NCBI GenBank assembly: GCA_977017645.1
Contig: OZ360221.1
Coordinates: 85,498,001-85,562,000, forward strand
Length of the DNA: 64,000 nucleotides
From: Torpedo marmorata
Lineage: Eukaryota
Direction of reading: 5' to 3'
Shown here: piece after piece, positions 1 through 12,821 of the stretch
Layout: every line of letters begins with the position of its first letter
Position numbering within the stretch: the stretch's first letter is position 1
Made by a program: the position numbers and the translations under genes
The notes under the pieces: generated by a model
The model's input: only the letters and a program-made list of their open reading frames with translations
Told to the model about the DNA's origin: nothing
Database searches by the model: none

Positions 1-1350
1 CAAAACAGAAAATAAATATTCAATAATAAATAATGTGCAAAGTAAGAGTCCTTAAATGAGTCTCTGACTATGTTTGTTGTTGAGTGTGATGGTGGAGGGG
101 TAGCAACTGTTCCTGAACCTGGTGCTAGAAGTCTTGTAGCACCTATACTTCTTTCCTGATGGCAGCAGCAAGAACAGAGCATGTCCTGGGTGGTGTGAAT
201 CCTTGATGATTGCTGCTGCTCTCAGACCGCAGCGTTCCATGTAGATTTTCTCGATGGTGGGGAGAGTTTTGCCTGTGATGTACTGGGCTGTGTCCACTAC
301 CTTTTGCAGGGCTTTCTGCTCAGAGGATTGGTGCCGCCATGCCAGGCTGTGAAGCAGCTGGTCAGCACACTTTCCACTACCGTAAAAACACAATGCTGGA
401 GAAACTCAGCTGGTCAAGCAGTGTCCTCTATATAGCAAAGGTAAAAATACATAAGCGACGTTTTGGGCTTGAGCCCTTCATCAAGGTAGGAAAAAATGTC
501 AGCAGGCATCTGAACAATAGAGTATGGGGGGGGTGGGGAGGTGTGGTCGCAGAGGCAGGAGGTGATATGTGGAGAAGGGAGGGAGGGGACAGCAGTGATC
601 AAGGAGAGGAGGGAAGGCTAGGTGAATAGAGAGGGAAGGGGGTGGGGAGGAGAACTGGAAAGGGGAAGGGAAGGGGGTTGGGGGAAGAGGAGAGCAGGAT
701 TCCACTACACATCTGTAGAAGTTCGCCAAGTTATTCGAGGTCATACCAAACTCCCGCAAACTCCTGAGAAAGTAGAGGCGCTGACGTGCTTTTTTCACAA
801 TGACCTTCATGTGTTGGGTCCAGGAAAGGTTCTCCGAGATAGTGACTCCCAGGAATTTAAATTTGCTCACCATCCCCACCTCTGATCCCCCAATGATCAC
901 TGGGTTGTGCACCTCTGGCTTTCCATTCCTAAAGTCCACAATCAGCCCTTTGGTTTTGGTGGCATTGAGTGTGAGGTTGTTGTTAGTACTCTATTCAGCC
1001 AAGTTTTCAATCTCTCTCCTGTATGCTGACTCATCGCCCCTTTGTCTACCACCTGCAACCATGGTATCATCAGCAAGTCTGTAGATGGTGTTATTGTCGT
1101 ACTAAGCAACACAGTCATAGGTGTAAAGCGAACAGAGCAGGAGGCTTAGAACGCAGCCCTGTGGTGCTCCGGTACTGATGAAGATTATGGAGATGTTCTT
1201 ACTAATCCTCACTGATTGTGGTCGAGAAGTGAGGACATCCAGGATCCAATTACACAGTGGGGTATTGAGGCCCAGTTCTTGGAGTTTGCTGATCAGGTTT
1301 GAGGGGATGATGATGTTGAATGCTGAACAGTCGATAAAGAGCATCCTGGT
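1..1350 (-). mobile_element. Rex1/Babar-type LINE, 5'-truncated RT C-terminal fragment, degraded and interrupted by a Penelope-type insert
   Basis: Minus-strand ORF pieces contain [36 protein letters not shown] and HPGHALF-LLPSGKKYR, typical of Rex1-clade RT. The frame is broken at ~382-695. Confidence 0.8.
382..695 (-). mobile_element. Penelope-like element terminal fragment with hammerhead-like motif
   Basis: Reverse complement reads TACC-TTGATGA-AGGGCTCAAGCCC-AAAACGTC followed by ...CTGAGTTTCTCCAGCATTG. The same motif family recurs at 1751, 4515 and 12685. Confidence 0.6.
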
Positions 1351-1865
1351 GTGTCTTATTCCGTCTGGGCACCAATCAGATGACTAACATTGGCCTCTGG
1401 TTTCCGTTTGCCCCCCACCCCCCTATCCCCATGTTTCCTTTCCTCTGGCTCTGTCTCTCCCCCCCTCAATCTCCTTTCCTCCAGCTCTGCATTCAAAGAG
1501 CCACCCCCTCCCACAACTTCCTCTCCAAAGAGCCACCCCCTCCCACAACTTCCTCTCCAAAGAGCCACCCCCTCCCACAACTTCCTCTCCAAAGAGCCAC
1601 CCCCTCCCACAACTTCCTCTCCAAAGAGCCACCCCCTCCCACAACTTCCTCTCCTGTCCTCTTTCCATGTCTAATTATCACTCTTTGCCTGTTGGCCTGT
1701 GCTTCTCCTTCCCCAGCCGTTTTATTCAGATACGTCCCTGCTTTTTGTCCATACCTTGAAGAAGGGCTCATCCCGAAACGGACGCTGCGAGACCTGCTGA
1801 GTTCCTTCAGCATTTTTATGTTAATCCAGCGTCTGTATACTTTAGTGTTTCACCTCATTATCTTT
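1351..1865 (+). mobile_element. Penelope-like terminal fragment containing a minisatellite
   Basis: ATACCTTGAAGAAGGGCTCATCCCGAAACG ... GACCTGCTGAGTTCCTTCAGCATT at 1751-1815, preceded by a pyrimidine-rich tract. Confidence 0.55.
1494..1653. repeat. Perfect minisatellite, 5 x 32 bp (CAAAGAGCCACCCCCTCCCACAACTTCCTCTC)
   Basis: Units start at 1494, 1526, 1558, 1590 and 1622. Confidence 0.95.
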
Positions 1866-2499
1866 ACACTGTTTTAACTGCACCTTTCCCTCTAAAACAA
1901 TATTCTGTAAATTTTGCACCACCTGTTTGTTTTGCGCGCTATCTGGGCAAGTCGTCCCATATGCAAGTACACACGTTTTTCCACTGCATTTTGTTACATA
2001 GGACAATAATCAACAATTAAATTCCTTTGTTACTACAACTAAATTCAATGTTTTTCTTTTAATTTATTATTAACATTCTCCATCTAAGATAAGGTATTTA
2101 AACCCAATACATCATCAATGTCAAACAGATGACTGGGTAAAACATGGTGCCAGGCAGCAGAAATAACCAAGCTACGACCAAGTGTTAAAACTCTTTAAAA
2201 ATTCAGAAGTCATAAAGTGCCGATGTTTGAAATCTGAAATTTGTGAATAAAGAGGCATGCAAAAGCTTTAAAATATAAAATATACACTCTCTACGTCAGG
2301 AGAGTGCAACAGTTACAAATTCCATAGTGTTGGAAGATCACTGCAAACAGCAACTGACAATGAATCATACCAACATAGAAAACTTCCAACATCATGCCAT
2401 TCCAGCCAGTGTCCATTCAAATGAGTTCCCCAAACCAATCCCATCTGGCAGCATCCAATTCACACAGCTGCTCATCTCCACTGGTATAACCAGCAGCTA

Positions 2500-3095
2500 T
2501 ACTTCATTAGGAGTATGAGGAGATTCGGTATGTCACCGAAGACTCTTGAAAACTTTGACATGCACCGTGGAGAGCATTCTGACTGGTTGCATCACTGACT
2601 GGTACGGAGGTGCCAATGCTCAGGACAAGAAAAAACTCCAGAGAGTTGTTAACTCGGCCTGCAACATCACGGGCACCAGGCTGAGTTCCTCCAGCATTTC
2701 GGTGTGTTTTTACTACAATCACAGCGTCTGCAGACTTTCACGTTTCACCAGTCTTCACCCCATCAAGGACATCTTCAAGAGGCAGTGTCTCAAGAAAGCA
2801 GCCTCTATCCTCAAGGAACCCCACCACCCAGGCCATGCCCTTCTTCACTCTGCTACCTTCGGGAAAAAGGTACAGGAGTCTAAAGACGAGCACTCAGCGG
2901 TACAAGGACAGCTTCTTCCCCTCTGCCATCAGAATTCCTGAATGAGCCAATGAACCACAGACACTTCCTTTAACTTTTTTGTGCACTATTTTTATTTATT
3001 TTGTAAGGTAGTTTATATAAATGTTTGCACTGTGATGCTGCTGCAGAACAACGAATTTCGTGACATGTTCATGACAAGAAAATCTGATTCTAATC
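2500..3095 (+). mobile_element. Rex1/Babar LINE 3' fragment with a ~70-bp Penelope-type insert (2680-2745)
   Basis: CTVESILTGCITDWYG...KKLQRVVNSA and HPGHAL motifs plus 3' UTR tail. The insert is flanked by CACCAG at 2674-2679 and 2746-2751. Confidence 0.75.
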
Positions 3096-4284
3096 TTAAA
3101 CTTTCTGCTTGCAAAGTAAACCTCTCTCCAAACTTGTTGGTGGGCACAATGAGTGTGATAAACAACCTTCTGCTCCATTTGTAGAGTTGAGTCAAGTTTT
3201 CTCTCACCAAAGAAACCGCCTGATCTGCTGGGCATTTCCAACATTCTCTTTTTTGTTTGAATCCCATGCAACAGCTCTGACCTGCATTTCACAGCTACTA
3301 TGCTCTTTGCTTTCTCCCTCCCTCATTCATCTTTCAATCAGAATTCATCACAGTATGTCACCATGACCTCCCCCATCAGAGATATTCCACTTGCCCGATC
3401 CATCTCTCCCCTACCCTCTTTGCACATTAAAGATAACTTGCATTCCCATTTTTCCGGTTCTGATCTATGATCTGTGACCTGAAATGTTAACTCTTTCCTC
3501 AAACGCTGAGTGTCTTCACCATTTACTGTTTTAAATGTTCAAATTACTTGAAGGAGATCAGCACCAAAGGAAGAGGAGACTGCAACCCTTGATAAAGGAA
3601 AAGCCATCGAGAGGAAAATTAGTCAATCCAAAAACATGCCACTGCAGAAGCAGTGCTGCTGCTGCAGTTCACATCAATGAAATGCAGGTAAGGGTTCACA
3701 TCTGATTGACTGGAAACATTTTAGTGGAGTTGACAGCAGTTTCGGGGGCTTCATCAAGATGTTGGTGTGGTGCACCTTCTCTTTTAATTTCTGCTCTGTC
3801 CATGTTGTATAACAGTAAGCAAGACAAAGAGCAATAGTTTTAAATTTAAATTTTATTTGCAACTCGGTGGAAGCCGATTCCGGCCATTTAAACCCGTGTT
3901 GCCCAATTACATCCAAATTAACCTACAATCCCGTATGTTTTGTAAAGACTTCCAAGATTCTGTCTCAGCAACAATGAAAAACAAATTAACAAACAAACCG
4001 ACTTGGTTTGTCGGTATGTGGCAATGCAACCAGGGAGATGACAGCATTCCCAAGACAATGCTATTCTTCATGATGTCCAATCATGTTTGGTGAGCTGACG
4101 ATTGCTCACAGTGGCAAAGGGAGATCAACAACAAGAGGAATGGGCAGTTTCAAATATGTTGCAACAACAGAATCCAATGATGAAGACAATGCTTTATAGA
4201 AGGTAGAGTCGCTCAAGAATCAGATGGTGAACCACTTCATCTCCATCCTATTCTTGGATTTGTTTCTCAAACCAACCCACCAAG

Positions 4285-4940
4285 TGCAAAGCAAAGAATT
4301 GCTGGAGGAATTCAGCAAGTCAGAGAGCATCCATAGGTAGAAAATCTCAATTCTGGACCCTTTATCAAGACTTGTGAAATGATGGTAAATAAAGGGAGGG
4401 GTGGGAGTGTGAGAGGGGCACATTGCATTTCCAGGGATTTAGAAACACATTTTCCAACCCAGTGTGACCTCCTCAAAATTGCTGACTCCAAACACAGATT
4501 GTGTGATGGAACTGGACCTTGAAGAAGGGCTCAGGCCCGAAACGGCAGTTATACATTTTTACTTCCTATGGACGCTGAAAGTCCTGCTGAGCTCCTGCAG
4601 CATTTCTTGTTTTCAGATTGTGTGACTGCTATGCTGAATGTTGGATGCAAACTGGAGCTTCCTGCGGCCCACCATTTTAATTCCCCCAACCATTCCTATT
4701 TTTCTTTCCCCCTCTCCCCACTTTCCCACTGGCCTCTTCCTCGACCAGTCCATCCACCTCTCACACCTTCTGCCCCATCACCTCTGGGCCCCTCCCCCAC
4801 TTCCTCCTATTATTTAAATAATATCACTCTCTTCCCACTAGTCTTGATAAAGGTTCCAGACCCGAAACTTTGCCCATCTCTATTCATGGATGCTGGCCGA
4901 CCTGCTGAGTTCCTCCAGCAATTCTTTGTCTGCTTTGCAT
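4285..4940. mobile_element. Cluster of Penelope-like terminal fragments in both orientations
   Basis: CCTTGAAGAAGGGCTCAGGCCCGAAACG (4517), GTCTTGATAAAGGTTCCAGACCCGAAAC (4841) followed by CCTGCTGAGTTCCTCCAGCA, and an inverted copy at ~4290-4372. Confidence 0.55.
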
Positions 4941-5544
4941 TTAAGTGGTGAACATTATTGTACTGAAATCAGAATAATCAAGGACAGAGGTTGGGTCATT
5001 TACATTGTTTATTGTCACATATACCAACATACGGTGAAAAATCTTGTTTTGCATGCTATCCAGGCAGTTAAATTATACATAATACAACAGGTAATGCAAC
5101 TATACAAGCAAAAGCGCAGGGAATGTTGCTATAACCAAAATTTAGAGCACAGAATTACAAGACAAAAGTGCAGTGTTAAAGAGAAAAGTAGTTACCAGTG
5201 TAAGGCATCATCTTTCACTAATATGAGGCATATTCAAGAGTCTGATCACCACAAGAAAGAAAGTCTTGAATCTGGAGATGTGTGTTTTCAGACTCACATA
5301 TCTTGTGCCTCACAGGGGTGGGGGGGGTCAGGATGGAAGGGACTGTGACCATTTGTCTGATAATATGTTGGCTACTTTACAGAGGTAGTGGAGCGGTTGT
5401 CCTAAGCCTGTAATGACCAACTTCCATCAACCAAAGATACTTATTTTTTAATTTAAAGCATTTTCAATGAGAGCTTTCCAATTTTGTTCTGATTGAGCCA
5501 CTTGACGATTTCTCAATTGAATCCAGTTTTCTCATTAAGAACAG

Positions 5545-5752
5545 GTACATTACACCTAATTAACCTGCAACCCCCGGTACTTTTTTTTTTTTTTTTTGAA
5601 GGGTAGGAGGAAACCGGAGACCCCGGGGAAAACCCACGCAGACACGGGGAGAACGTACAAACTCCTTACAGACAGCGCAGGATTCGAGCCCCGGTCCCGA
5701 TCACTGGCGCTGTAACAGCGTTGTGCTAACCGCTACACTAACCGTGTTGCTC
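5545..5752 (-). mobile_element. tRNA-derived V-SINE
   Basis: The reverse complement has a tRNA-like head (TAGCGGTTAGC ... GCTCGAATCC) and the V-domain GGAGTTTGTACGTTCTCCCCGTGTCTGCGTGGGTTTTCC. Confidence 0.8.
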
Positions 5753-8086
5753 TTGCATTCATGTTTTGCCATTTTGTCAAGATCTGCTGGTGTAATTCAA
5801 CCTGAGCATCAATTAACATGTGACTTTTCAATAAATGTCACCGAAAGACATTATTGGTAACCCTTCTGTGATGCACATTTGGTGCCCAAACTCAATGCTA
5901 AATTTGGCTTCCTAATCTTTGGTCTGGAATTTGAAAGAGGAACTTGCTCACAGATACCAGTATGCAAAAACAAATCTTAAAAAAAATACAATTTTAGAAA
6001 TAACAGGTTTCCTGCAGCCAAGTAGATTTTACATCAGGCTCTGAACTTCTGATATATCCATGACTTGTGCACCATGCTTCTAGCAAAAATACGACCGTCT
6101 TCAGCTCCACCAGTTAAATTTTATGCAAATTCCTTCAGGAAAACACAGCTTTAACAAAGGGGTAATTTGTATGTTCCTAAAATAAAACAAAATCCAACCG
6201 AGACAGTTTTTAGTCTACCACTGCTTTCACTGAGATTCCAGGACAGTGGTTTACACATGAATTTAGCTCTCTTCTCCTTGTGACAGATTCATAGACCAAT
6301 ATTTCAATACAAAAATAAATTCAAGCAACATTTCAGGTTTTTATTTTGGGAGACAATCTGCTTGTCCAAATAACTGAGAAAATGATCCACTGCCTACTAG
6401 TTCAAAAATACTGATTAAAAACAAAAACAAATATTAATGATTCTGAAATTCTCAACCTAATAGAAAAAAAAGATATCACTAAAATATGTTCCTTCAACAA
6501 TGTTTCAGCTGCTAACATGATTTATGAAATAATCAAAGGATGATTTTTAGACATAGAGCATCCAAATATTAATTTCACAGTAAAAAATATTCTGCTTAAA
6601 ATTAAAATATTACATGAAAATGTTCTTTAAACAATAATTTTGTTTAATAATACTTGAAAGTTAAGGAATCAGCTTTTGAGCAATGCATTATGGTTTCAGA
6701 ACACAAAGCCTTAAAAAATTGCCTTTGCTCAAGTGATATATTGACTAGATGCACAATTTTTTTTTTAAACAATCAATTTTGTCTCTGCATAATCTGAACA
6801 AATTGCCATCATACCCTAATCAATGCCAGACATGGCCCTTCTCACACATCAGACTCAAAGAACAAAAATAAATTTATGCTATACTAATCTATAGAAGGGT
6901 TCCAAACTCCATTTTACTTTCTTTCTGGTCTGTGGGAGGTTAGCCTCACAACCAGTTGATTAATCTCAATGCTGGGGAGGATCATTGTGAATGTTGTGGG
7001 AGGGCTGTGTCAAGTCATGGAGGCAACCACAATACAGAACATGGCTAAGCTACATTCATGATATCTATATGCAATAAGATAACACATATTTAGATGTTTA
7101 ACTTAAGACAAACAATAATGCAAAAATATACGTTGCTTGTGGTCAGCACAGAGCCTAAACCAGGCTATTCTCTACGTGCAAGAGGAAAACCAGAAAGCAA
7201 GATGGCAATACTTGTGTTTGGATTGAAAAATGCACTTGCACTATTAATACAACCCTACTCTGTTGGTCATGGTTGAGCAATCTAAATTTATAATATTGAT
7301 TGAACTTCCAGCTCCAAGAAGCAGCAAATAGAAAGGAAAGAGTTAAGTCTCAGCATAATTTTGCAGCACAACCTGGTCTTCATTAGCAATTTGAGCTCTG
7401 CTTACACTGCTCAGGGGGTCTGCTCTTTCACAGAACTCCAACTGTACATATATACATGAATTAAAAGCATCATCAGAAGTCTTTTTTTAATGCTCTTATT
7501 GTTTGACCTAAACACTGTTTATTGAACATTTTAACTCCTGCATATTCAAGTTCAGTGCTAATTCTCTTACTGAACATGTTGATTTGAACTGTATTTCCAA
7601 AATTAATCCTCATTGACATATTGACAAAGGCCAAAATAGCCTCCCACTGCTCAGTATTTTTAAAAATTATATAATGATGCATCAAAAATGATCTGCAACG
7701 GGTACTCAAAAAATGGCCCAGAATCAGCTTTTCAGGATGACACTACTGAATGATCACCAACTGGTACATGCACTGTACTAAAGAAAAGCAACCAACAAAA
7801 CAGACTACGAAAGTGACCCGAAGAGGAATACATTTTCCTCCCAGTAGCCACCAATAATATACATGACAAAATCTTAACGAACAATGCAAGAAAAGCAGGA
7901 ATGAGAAAGCAGAGCAGTGCCTTTCACTGCTCCAATAACCTTAAGAAGACATCCAGCACGATCAAACTCAATTGGACAATTTTTAAAATATTAAGCACTG
8001 CAATGCACCAAATCCAGTCATTTATGAAGCACCCATTAAGATGCAAGCAATAATTTTATTGACAATATATTTTGCATTGCAATAAT

Positions 8087-8348
8087 TTTTTTTTTTTAAA
8101 TTTAGACATACAGCACGGTAACAGGCTATTTCGGCCCAAGAGTCCGTGCCGCCCAATTTACACCCAATTAACCTACACCCCTGGTACGTTTCGAACGGTG
8201 AGAGGAAACCGGAGTCCCTGGGGAAAACCCACGCAGACACGGGGAGAACGTACAAACTCCTTACAGACAGCGTGGGATTCAAACCCATGTCCCGATCGCT
8301 GGCACTGTAAAGGCGTTGCGCTAACCGCTACGCCAATCGTGCCGCCCA
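8087..8348 (-). mobile_element. tRNA-derived V-SINE, full length
   Basis: GGGCGGCACG head with A/B-box-like motifs, V-domain, and a 3' tail ...GTATGTCTAAATTTAAAAAAA. Tail fragments of the same family occur at ~3840-3940 and 57461-57540. Confidence 0.85.
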
Positions 8349-8920
8349 ATTTTAAAATATTATGGAGAAAATTAAAAACCTGTACTTCTTGAAGCATACT
8401 ATCCGTAAAAACATGACAGAAACAGCCACGAAAAGTCCTCAAATTATACAAAACATGAAAATGAGCGGCTTCAAAAATTATTTGTCTCTTTGGAAAACTA
8501 CCAAACTACTTCAAATACACCATTAAAATCATTCACTTTTTATTGTTAATGGACAGTTTATTTCTTTCCATTTTAATTTGCTTATTTTAATTCATCTTTT
8601 CAATTATGACAATGGCAAAATAAAAAAATATATATCAATGAGCATGAAGAAAGCATGCAATTGTTAAACACGTATCAAAATACAATTCTGACGGAGCGTT
8701 TCAGTAGGATCAATGAAGAAACCTTGGAGAATCAACCATCTTTGATTAAGTTGAGCACAGGTATTAAGGATGGGTTGGGCTGCTATCAAGTACACAGATC
8801 ATTACAAGTAGCGATTGACTTTAATAAGATTATTGGGCCAATAAATGAATATGGAGAGACAATAAATGTGTCTCTATATTATGTATCTACATAGACATTT
8901 ATTGAAAGCCACGAGACTGA

Positions 8921-10265
8921 AGCTCTCTGCTTGGATGAGAATAGAATTAAATAATATAGGGGAGGATTTGAAAGAAGAAGTCATTTATAAATGGAATTCT
9001 AAATTATTATTAACTAGAGGGAAAAATTCTCCTATTTTTAGGCACTTGTTAGAAATATGGAATAGAGTGGATAGAGAAATAGGAGCGAAAGGATCAATTT
9101 CTCGAAGAATGCCTCTATATCAAAATGAACTTATTCCATTTACTGTCGATAATCAACTATTTAAAATTTGGTTCCAAAAGGGAATTAAGGAAATAAATGA
9201 TTGTTTTGAAGCTGGTAAATTTATTACGTTTCAGAAAATGAAAGATAAATTTAGTGTAGCAAATAATACAATCTTTGCTTACTATCAAATTAGGGCGTTT
9301 TTAGGGGAAAGGTTGGGCCACGGTTTGACCTTACCAAGACAGACTGAATTGGAATTATTAGTTGCCTAAATTTATTTCTCAAATGTACAGATTGTTACAG
9401 AGGAAACTTCCTAAAACAGGAATTCATAAATCAAGATTAAATTGGGAAAAAGATTTGAATGTAACAATAGATGAAGAACACTGGAAAAAATTATGTAAAC
9501 AGAGTATGACGAAGATTATTAATGTTAGATATAGATTGGTGCAATATAATTTTTTTCATCAACTATATTTAACACCTAAAAGACTAAAGAAATTTAATCC
9601 GACATTATCTGGTTTATGTTTTAGATGTAATAAAGAGGAAGGTTCTTTTGTACATTCTACATGGTTTTGTCCAAAAGTTTATGATTTTTGGTTGAAAGTT
9701 AAAAATTTTTTAGATTAAGTATTAGGAATTGCACTTCCAATGGATCCTATGATATTTTTGTTTGGAGATATTGAAGGAACCAGTGTTAAAGTGAAATTAA
9801 ATATGTACCAGACAGAATTTTTACGTATTGCTTTAGCCGTTTCTAAGAAATGTATTGCCACTACATGGAAGTCGAATGTAGATTTAGGGTTGGAAAGATG
9901 GCACGCAGAATTGCGTTCATGTATACCACTCAAAAAAATTACATATAATTTACGTGATAAGTATCATTTCTTTTTGGAAGTATGGAGCCCATATATAAAA
10001 ATTGTGGGTTTAAGGATTTGAAGATCTCTGGACATCGGGTCTGGCTGGCGAGCCTATCCTCCACAATAAGATCAGTTTATAGTTGTTCTTTTTAGATTGA
10101 CATTCTCCTTACTCTATCCTTTTCTTCTTCTTTCTTTCTTTTCGGGAGGGTTAGGGAGGGGAGGGAGGGAGGGGGGGTGAAAATGTATCACATGTAATTT
10201 GAGAAATTTGCGTTTTAAACTGTGTATTGTGTGATTTAAAAATTTTAAATAAAATATTTTTTTAA
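8921..10265 (+). mobile_element. L1 LINE (family A-related), 5'-truncated: ORF2 C-terminus plus 3' UTR
   Basis: ORF2 C-terminal CCHC (CFRC...HSTWFC), G-rich 3' UTR, AATAAA, and a 16-bp TSD AAAGCCACGAGACTGA at 8905-8920 and 10266-10281. Confidence 0.93.
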
Positions 10266-11841
10266 AAAGCCACGAGACTGATGGTTTAACTAACTTTCAT
10301 TGTTCCACAATTTTGTGCCCAAGTATATCCCAATAAGTTTCTTGTAACCGGAACAAAGCAAATCCTTCAAAATATCCATAATACCAATAATATATTCTTT
10401 GAAATATTAAAAGCATACATTTTGCTACCAAACTTTGTGACTTCAGAGATTATTCTGGTTACTGCAATGTTAACTCGGCTCACATAGGTTCAATTAGCCA
10501 ATCAACCTCCTCTCCATTCAACACATCATAGGTGAATTAAATGTTAAAGAAGGTAAAAGAAAAACAAACTATTTTTGGTGTCAGAATTTAAGCTGATCAC
10601 TTCTAATTTTTCTATTAGCAACAAGCAACGCCAATGAATGGGACTGTAAATAATGCAGCCTTACTTGCAAGAAAACTTGTTAGACTTTGATTGCCCCTGT
10701 ACATTGTACTCGTGTTTATAACAACAAATTCTTAATTCATGCATTCTTTTCCTTGTGGGTCTGCGACCTCAAGGAAGCAAATTCACATCCCTATTTTTTT
10801 TTGCTAAGTTGCTTTCCCTCGAAACTGCAAAACAACATCAAGCAATCAGTTTATCGGTGTACAGTGTGACATCAGCAGTAATAGTACACACAATTAATTG
10901 ATGGATATCAAGAGACAAAATTAACATATGTATCTTGAAACCAATTAATGACAAACAAGTTAATTTGTCAATAGAAAAATGAATTAAAAAGGAACAAGTC
11001 TCCAAGCAACCAATTTAGCAACAAATTTTGGGGGACAAATCTCTTAATAGGGTGATCCATTTGTTTCACTGTCAAACAACCTTACAACCAATTGGTTTTA
11101 TGGAGCAAATACATTATAATGCACAAATTAAAAAAGTGCAAGGCAAGAGGATAATTCTATCAGTGTTCTGTATCCTAGAATTACACGTATGGTTCCTAGA
11201 TTCCTTTGAATGTGAAAAATAAAGCAGGCAGTGAGAGTAGTTTGAAACAGCCGTCAATCAGTATTGCAAAGCTGAATTTTAAATCATTATTAATATCAAA
11301 ATAGTTTATAACATATTGTTTTTAACATTATTTTAATATTTTAATATTGTTTTTAATGATCTTCAGTTCTAGTTTTACATCACCATGCATTTCATGGAGT
11401 AAACCATATCTGTCCAGATGAATTATCGGTATGTATTCTTAGCAGAGCAGCTTGGCTTCAAAGTTAAAATCATTTCATCGTCTCAAAGCTGGACCCCATA
11501 TTTAAGTTCTAAACATCATTTCTACAAACATAAGCATTATTTTACTTCAGAACTGCCTAACCAGGAAATGCCACAATACTGACAAGAATAGCTTGCTGTG
11601 CCTTCAGTCATTCAAACCAAATAAGCAAACTGTTATACTCTTTATGACAAGATAATAAAAAATGAAGCATTAAAGATCAGACACTTACTCACAAAAAATT
11701 CTGCGCTATCAATAGACTATATATTTAGTTATTACCTCTACTGCTAATGAAATAACTTGTAAAGTTAGAGTGAAGTAGTATTTTATAATGGAGGCTGGAG
11801 TCAGGTAAATTTTCTTCAAAGCTCGTGTCAAGCAAAGCAAT

Positions 11842-12566
11842 AGCCCCTTTCACACTGCCAAATAACGTGGGTTGAACCGGGCAATTTAGTGGGTATTTAG
11901 CGGGTCACCTGCCAGTGTGAACGCTCCCAACCGGGCAGGGAGGGTAAAAATCAACTGGGTTGTATCAGAGCCCGGCCGAGTTAACTCGGATTTGACTTGG
12001 TACCTGGTAGACTGCAATGTGAACGGGAAACTGGCTCTACCAGGTACCATTAGTGATGTCAGTGCCTGCGTACGTGCATCAGTCTGGTAGTTTTAATATT
12101 AGTGCAGTTATATTTCACAGGGCAGCTGGTGGAGCTGTCACAGCGCGGTCAGCGGGGCTGTCAGCGCGCATCTGTGCTTTAAATCATCTTAAGATTACTT
12201 ATAATACCTAATACAATGTAAATGCTAGGTTGTTCTTCTTTACCCAGTATGATCACAGAACTAGCCTTAGTCTTCAGCTCAATGTCCTCTCAGTTCCCAA
12301 GTTTGAACAGTCTGAAGCCTACAGCAGATTTTCCTATGTTCTTTTATACATTGCGTGCTTATGTGCTTTATTCCCACTACGATTTCACTGCCCTGTGAGT
12401 ACGTAATACGTCACTCGGGACGTCACCACTGGAGGTTGGGCCCCCCTTAGATTCGCGATATCTACATGAACCAGGTAATTCATGGTCCAGTGTGAACGGC
12501 TCACCAGGTACTGCAACCCGGGTCGTTTACTCGCCTATTTAGTGGGTTGCCAGTGTGAAAGGGGCT
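11842..12566. mobile_element. Non-autonomous DNA transposon (MITE) with PIF/Harbinger-like TIRs
   Basis: TIRs AGCCCCTTTCACACTG / CAGTGTGAAAGGGGCT, internal repeats of (C)AGTGTGAACG, no ORF. The 2-bp TSD is AT or TA depending on where the TIR boundary is placed. Confidence 0.8.
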
Positions 12567-12678
12567 ATTGTTGAGCTGTTTCTGATAATGCTGGGTGGTT
12601 AGTTGATATCCACCCAAGTATCCACTCTTGGAGACCTCTGGTCAACTAACTGCACAAGTTAGATATCATACAGAGCTC

Positions 12679-12821
12679 GTATCATACCTTGAAGGGCTCA
12701 GGCCCGAAAGGTCAGTAATATATCTTTAGCTCCTATGTCGCTGCGAGACCTGCTGAGTTCCTCCAGCATTTCTGTGTTTTCACTACAATCACAGCATCAG
12801 CAGACTTTCATGTTTCACTCC
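12679..12821 (+). mobile_element. Short Penelope-type terminal insertion with TSD
   Basis: Flanked by TATCATACAGAG(C/A)TC at 12664-12678 and 12822-12836. Contains ATACCTTGAAGGGCTCAGGCCCGAAAGGTC and GACCTGCTGAGTTCCTCCAGCATT. Confidence 0.65.

Noticed and set aside
1494-1653. 32-bp repeats as a CRISPR array
   Set aside because: The units are directly adjacent with no spacers, there are no cas genes, and the context is eukaryotic.
8270-8348. tRNA gene
   Set aside because: It is the tRNA-derived head of a V-SINE, continuous with the V-domain and tail.
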